This document shows, in pieces, positions 61,186-64,000 of a stretch of DNA of 64,000 nucleotides. The notes under the pieces are model-generated. The model made no database searches. It was not told where the DNA came from and saw only the letters and a program-made list of their open reading frames with translations. This DNA is from Saccharofermentanales bacterium (lineage in GTDB: Bacteria > Bacillota > Clostridia > Saccharofermentanales > DTU023). Both the position numbers and the translations under genes were made by a program. Position 1 is the first letter of the stretch. The number at the start of each line of letters is the position of its first letter. The stretch covers positions 87,504-151,503 of the forward strand of contig JBMNTB010000001.1 of the NCBI GenBank assembly GCA_050945515.1, read 5' to 3'.

Positions 61186-64000
61186 GTGAAAACAAGAATC
61201 AACAGCCGATTAAAAAATCAAAAAGGTTTAACACTGCCTCAAACACTCATCGTTATTGCGATAGTAGTGATTCTTCTCGGTGTTGCATTTATTGGCGTCC
61301 AAAGCTTGGTTAACCGTATGAAGCAAACTAAACTGGATAACATAGCTCAGAGCATGTACGTAAGCGCACAAAACAGAATCTGGGAGTTAAAAGCATCGGG
61401 AGAAATAGACAGTCTATTGACGCACACAGAGCTAACAGCAGTAGCTAACCAGCCGGCCGATTGGGGGGAAGTTGATCCTGAGGATGCGGTAGAATATAGT
61501 GACTTAAAATATTTTTATCATAATAAAGACAATTCCATGACTTCTACTTCAAGTGACCTTGTCGATTTCATTTTTCCTCAAGGCAGCATCTCCGGGGATG
61601 TGCTTGATGATAATTGGGTAATCGAACTTGACCCTACTACCGGATATGTCTATGCGGCATTCTACTCGGAAACCAGATCGGCTAAGGATTTTTATATTGA
61701 TAACACTGACACATTGGACCAAAGCGGGACCTCCTCGATAAGGTTAAAGGATTTCAGGCATAGCCTAAAAGGAAATGATAAGATAGGCTACTATGGCGGT
61801 AAGGCAGATATGCCTGCGGATGCCAGCGGCTATATAATTCAAGCAGCGCTGAATATCATCAATGCGGATGTTTTGCAAGCGAAAATGACAGCAATTGTCC
61901 CTTCCGTTTTTGATACAAGCGTCCTCGAATTTAAGCTTACAGTTAAGGGAAAAACAAGCAAGAATACTGTAACTCTCACGCCGGCCGTCAGCTCTAAAGA
62001 TATAGTAACAGCTAAGGAATTTTCTGCCTCAGTTATACTTGATAAGCTTGCAGACGGTCAAAACTTCAAAGCCACATTTGGTTCTGAAGTGTGGCAACCA
62101 AATTATGTAGAGCCCAGAACAGGAGCCCTCATTCCGGGCGAGGACCTAGAACTTTCTTTCACTGTCTCAAGCAGCGATGACAGTGTTTTAGACATTGATC
62201 CGATAGAAAGAACTGCAAACAGTTTATTCGAATCATTAAATCCGACTAAACCGGAAGAAGCCAATATAGCATATGGCAGACATCTCCAGAATTTGGATAA
62301 CTCAATCTCCGGTTTGCCCGCAGGTGCGATTACTGCCGCAAAACAGATTTCGGATATAGATTTTAACGATGAATCCGATGAAGATCTGCCTGCGGAAGAA
62401 CAATTCCTGTGGAAGACACTATACAAAGATAAGACATTCACACCGATTAACAACCCGAACTTAAACAAATATTCGGGCTATATTGACGCGCCGCCGGCAA
62501 CTGATTCATTCAAAATATTGAATATGCATATTGCCGACAGTAATAAACCAGCGGGGTTGTTTGGGACTTTCACAGGAGATGAGATTTCCGGCCTTACCAT
62601 GGTTAACACAAAGATAGACGGCGGCACGGATGTAGGCGGTCTGGCGGGAACAACCAACTCCAGCCTTACGATAAAAGACTGCAGACTCTATGCTGAAAGA
62701 GATTACTTTGAAACCGGTACATATGAAAATAATATCTTATTGAAGGGCACTGCCAATGTCGGCGGACTCGTAGGAAGTTCGACTGCCGCCAGTATAACAA
62801 TTAAAGACAGCTTTGCCGCAACCATAATCGAGGGAATGGGCTCAATAGGCGGCCTGATAGGCAAAGCAAGCGGCAATGCTCAGATACAGAACTCATATGC
62901 CGACTCATATCTGATCGGAAGCGCATCGACTTCCAAGATAGGCGGACTGGCAGGTGAACTTGCTGATGGATCCTCTATTTCAGGCTCATACTCCGCAGGT
63001 TTCGCAATAATTAAAAGCGATGTAACCGAAGAAACAATTGTTGCGGCAGCGGGTTTTGTTCCCAGTGACATTTCCAGTGTCACTAATTCATATTCTATTT
63101 TTAACTGTTTTGAGTCAAAAGCGACTACGGTATACAGTACCGTGCCATCCGCAACAACGGTAGAGAAAGTCTACTTTTTCGGACCCGAAGATAATAAGCT
63201 AACCGATTCTGACGTATATGCTTTCTTATCTAATACTGATGCTGCTAATGAATTAGGAGGCAAATTTTCGAGAGATGACAACGAGTATGACAGCTATCCC
63301 TATAATCAAAAAGCAGACCTTGAGCCTAAGCCTCTTGTTACCTACCCGTATGTATCAATAAAAGGTCTTCCTCATTATGGCGATTGGAAGATACCGCCGA
63401 TACCGGAGATACCGGAAGAAGAACTTAAATTCGGTAAAGTCGGTCTGTTCTACTGGGAAAATGTGACAGGCGGCTCTGCTCCGGGATATAAAATTTATCT
63501 GGTAAGCAGCAGAAAAGACGAAGACGAAAAATACGAGGCGGTGTACCATGACACCACAAGCACGACACATAACGACAGAGGAATCGTCAAGGAATACGGC
63601 TATGGGTATTATGTTGCCAAACAAGGCGACGGCACAGAATATGAATTAAGAATAAATAATTGGGCTGATGTTAATAGGCGGCATACTACTACTGGTAGAA
63701 ATACTTCCGCGGAAGCATCGTTCAACGGTAATGCACAATATGAGGGATATAATTTCTATTGCTATACCACTTGTGATGAAACGAACCCCGCTACCTCCTA
63801 TACTGCCAATACAAACAAATATATGTTTATGACAAGGAATGTGCAGAATGCTACCGTGACCTTAAAACCTGAGGGAGAGGGAGAAGCCGAACTCAACTAC
63901 ACTTTCTGTCCTTTCTTTGCCAAATCAATAAAGCTCACAGGTTGGAATAAATTGAAATGGAATTACACCGGCACCAGACCCGCTCTTCAAAATGACCCGG
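61186..64000 (+). CDS. Giant pilin-like surface protein: prepilin-type N-terminus (Gln at +5) + GLUG-type repeats; continues beyond the window
   Basis: Not in the ORF track because there is no stop in the window. GTG 61186 lies 6 nt after GGAGG, and my translation stays open for 938 codons. N-terminus is VKTRINSRLKNQKGLTLPQTLIVIAIVVILLGVAFIG. Repeats: DVGGLAGTTNSSLTIKDC, NVGGLVGSSTAASITIKDS, SIGGLIGKASGNAQIQNS, KIGGLAGELADGSSISGS. Confidence 0.75.
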   Translation, partial: MKTRINSRLKNQKGLTLPQTLIVIAIVVILLGVAFIGVQSLVNRMKQTKLDNIAQSMYVSAQNRIWELKASGEIDSLLTHTELTAVANQPADWGEVDPEDAVEYSDLKYFYHNKDNSMTSTSSDLVDFIFPQGSISGDVLDDNWVIELDPTTGYVYAAFYSETRSAKDFYIDNTDTLDQSGTSSIRLKDFRHSLKGNDKIGYYGGKADMPADASGYIIQAALNIINADVLQAKMTAIVPSVFDTSVLEFKLTVKGKTSKNTVTLTPAVSSKDIVTAKEFSASVILDKLADGQNFKATFGSEVWQPNYVEPRTGALIPGEDLELSFTVSSSDDSVLDIDPIERTANSLFESLNPTKPEEANIAYGRHLQNLDNSISGLPAGAITAAKQISDIDFNDESDEDLPAEEQFLWKTLYKDKTFTPINNPNLNKYSGYIDAPPATDSFKILNMHIADSNKPAGLFGTFTGDEISGLTMVNTKIDGGTDVGGLAGTTNSSLTIKDCRLYAERDYFETGTYENNILLKGTANVGGLVGSSTAASITIKDSFAATIIEGMGSIGGLIGKASGNAQIQNSYADSYLIGSASTSKIGGLAGELADGSSISGSYSAGFAIIKSDVTEETIVAAAGFVPSDISSVTNSYSIFNCFESKATTVYSTVPSATTVEKVYFFGPEDNKLTDSDVYAFLSNTDAANELGGKFSRDDNEYDSYPYNQKADLEPKPLVTYPYVSIKGLPHYGDWKIPPIPEIPEEELKFGKVGLFYWENVTGGSAPGYKIYLVSSRKDEDEKYEAVYHDTTSTTHNDRGIVKEYGYGYYVAKQGDGTEYELRINNWADVNRRHTTTGRNTSAEASFNGNAQYEGYNFYCYTTCDETNPATSYTANTNKYMFMTRNVQNATVTLKPEGEGEAELNYTFCPFFAKSIKLTGWNKLKWNYTGTRPALQNDP

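Overview
Chromosomal window from a Firmicutes/Clostridia-like bacterium, judged from GGAGG-type ribosome-binding sites, TTGACA/TATAAT promoters, lipobox lipoproteins and the gene content. I call about 55 protein genes, nearly all on the + strand, plus 2 tRNAs and 1 riboswitch. From left to right: (i) a minus-strand Tad/Flp pilus assembly operon that runs off the left edge (TadZ-like, CpaF ATPase, fused TadB-TadC). (ii) metK with a SAM-I riboswitch. (iii) recD2-comFC. (iv) an ATP-grasp ligase + FemAB pair, probably peptidoglycan side-chain or cross-bridge enzymes. (v) the origin-proximal block rpmH-rnpA-yidD-yidC-jag-mnmE-mnmG-rsmG joined directly to gyrA, with no dnaA/dnaN/gyrB or DnaA boxes. 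(vi) an Fe-ADH, pepF, tRNA-Asp and tRNA-Phe. (vii) a visibly more AT-rich block next to tRNA-Phe. It carries a membrane GGDEF cyclase, two secreted unknowns and a phosphonate (2-AEP) uptake and degradation operon: phnDCEE, a short Fe-ADH and a fused PhnX-PhnW. (viii) murE, an LtaS/OpgB-like sulfatase-fold transferase, leuS, an acyl-CoA ligase, yihY, trpS and an EamA transporter. (ix) a tightly packed PotABCD-type importer with an isochorismatase-family hydrolase between the permease and ATPase genes, followed by a clan GH-G-like glycosidase, a ribokinase-like kinase, an unannotated 55-aa CXXC mini-protein and a NapH-like polyferredoxin. (x) an EF-G2-type paralog, a CNNM/CorC protein and a parvulin PPIase. 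(xi) a second AT-rich stretch containing a giant (>938 aa, truncated) pilin-like protein with GLUG-type repeats. Three genes absent from the ORF track were recovered by hand translation: the fused tadBC, rpmH and the giant pilin-like gene. So was the CXXC mini-ORF. I found no CRISPR array, transposase or integrase. The best candidates for new biology are the giant Glu5-less pilin-like adhesin, the ABC/hydrolase/glycosidase/kinase/redox cluster, the ATP-grasp + FemAB pair and the PhnX-PhnW/ADH phosphonate module. All functional calls come from motif recognition by eye. No database search was run.
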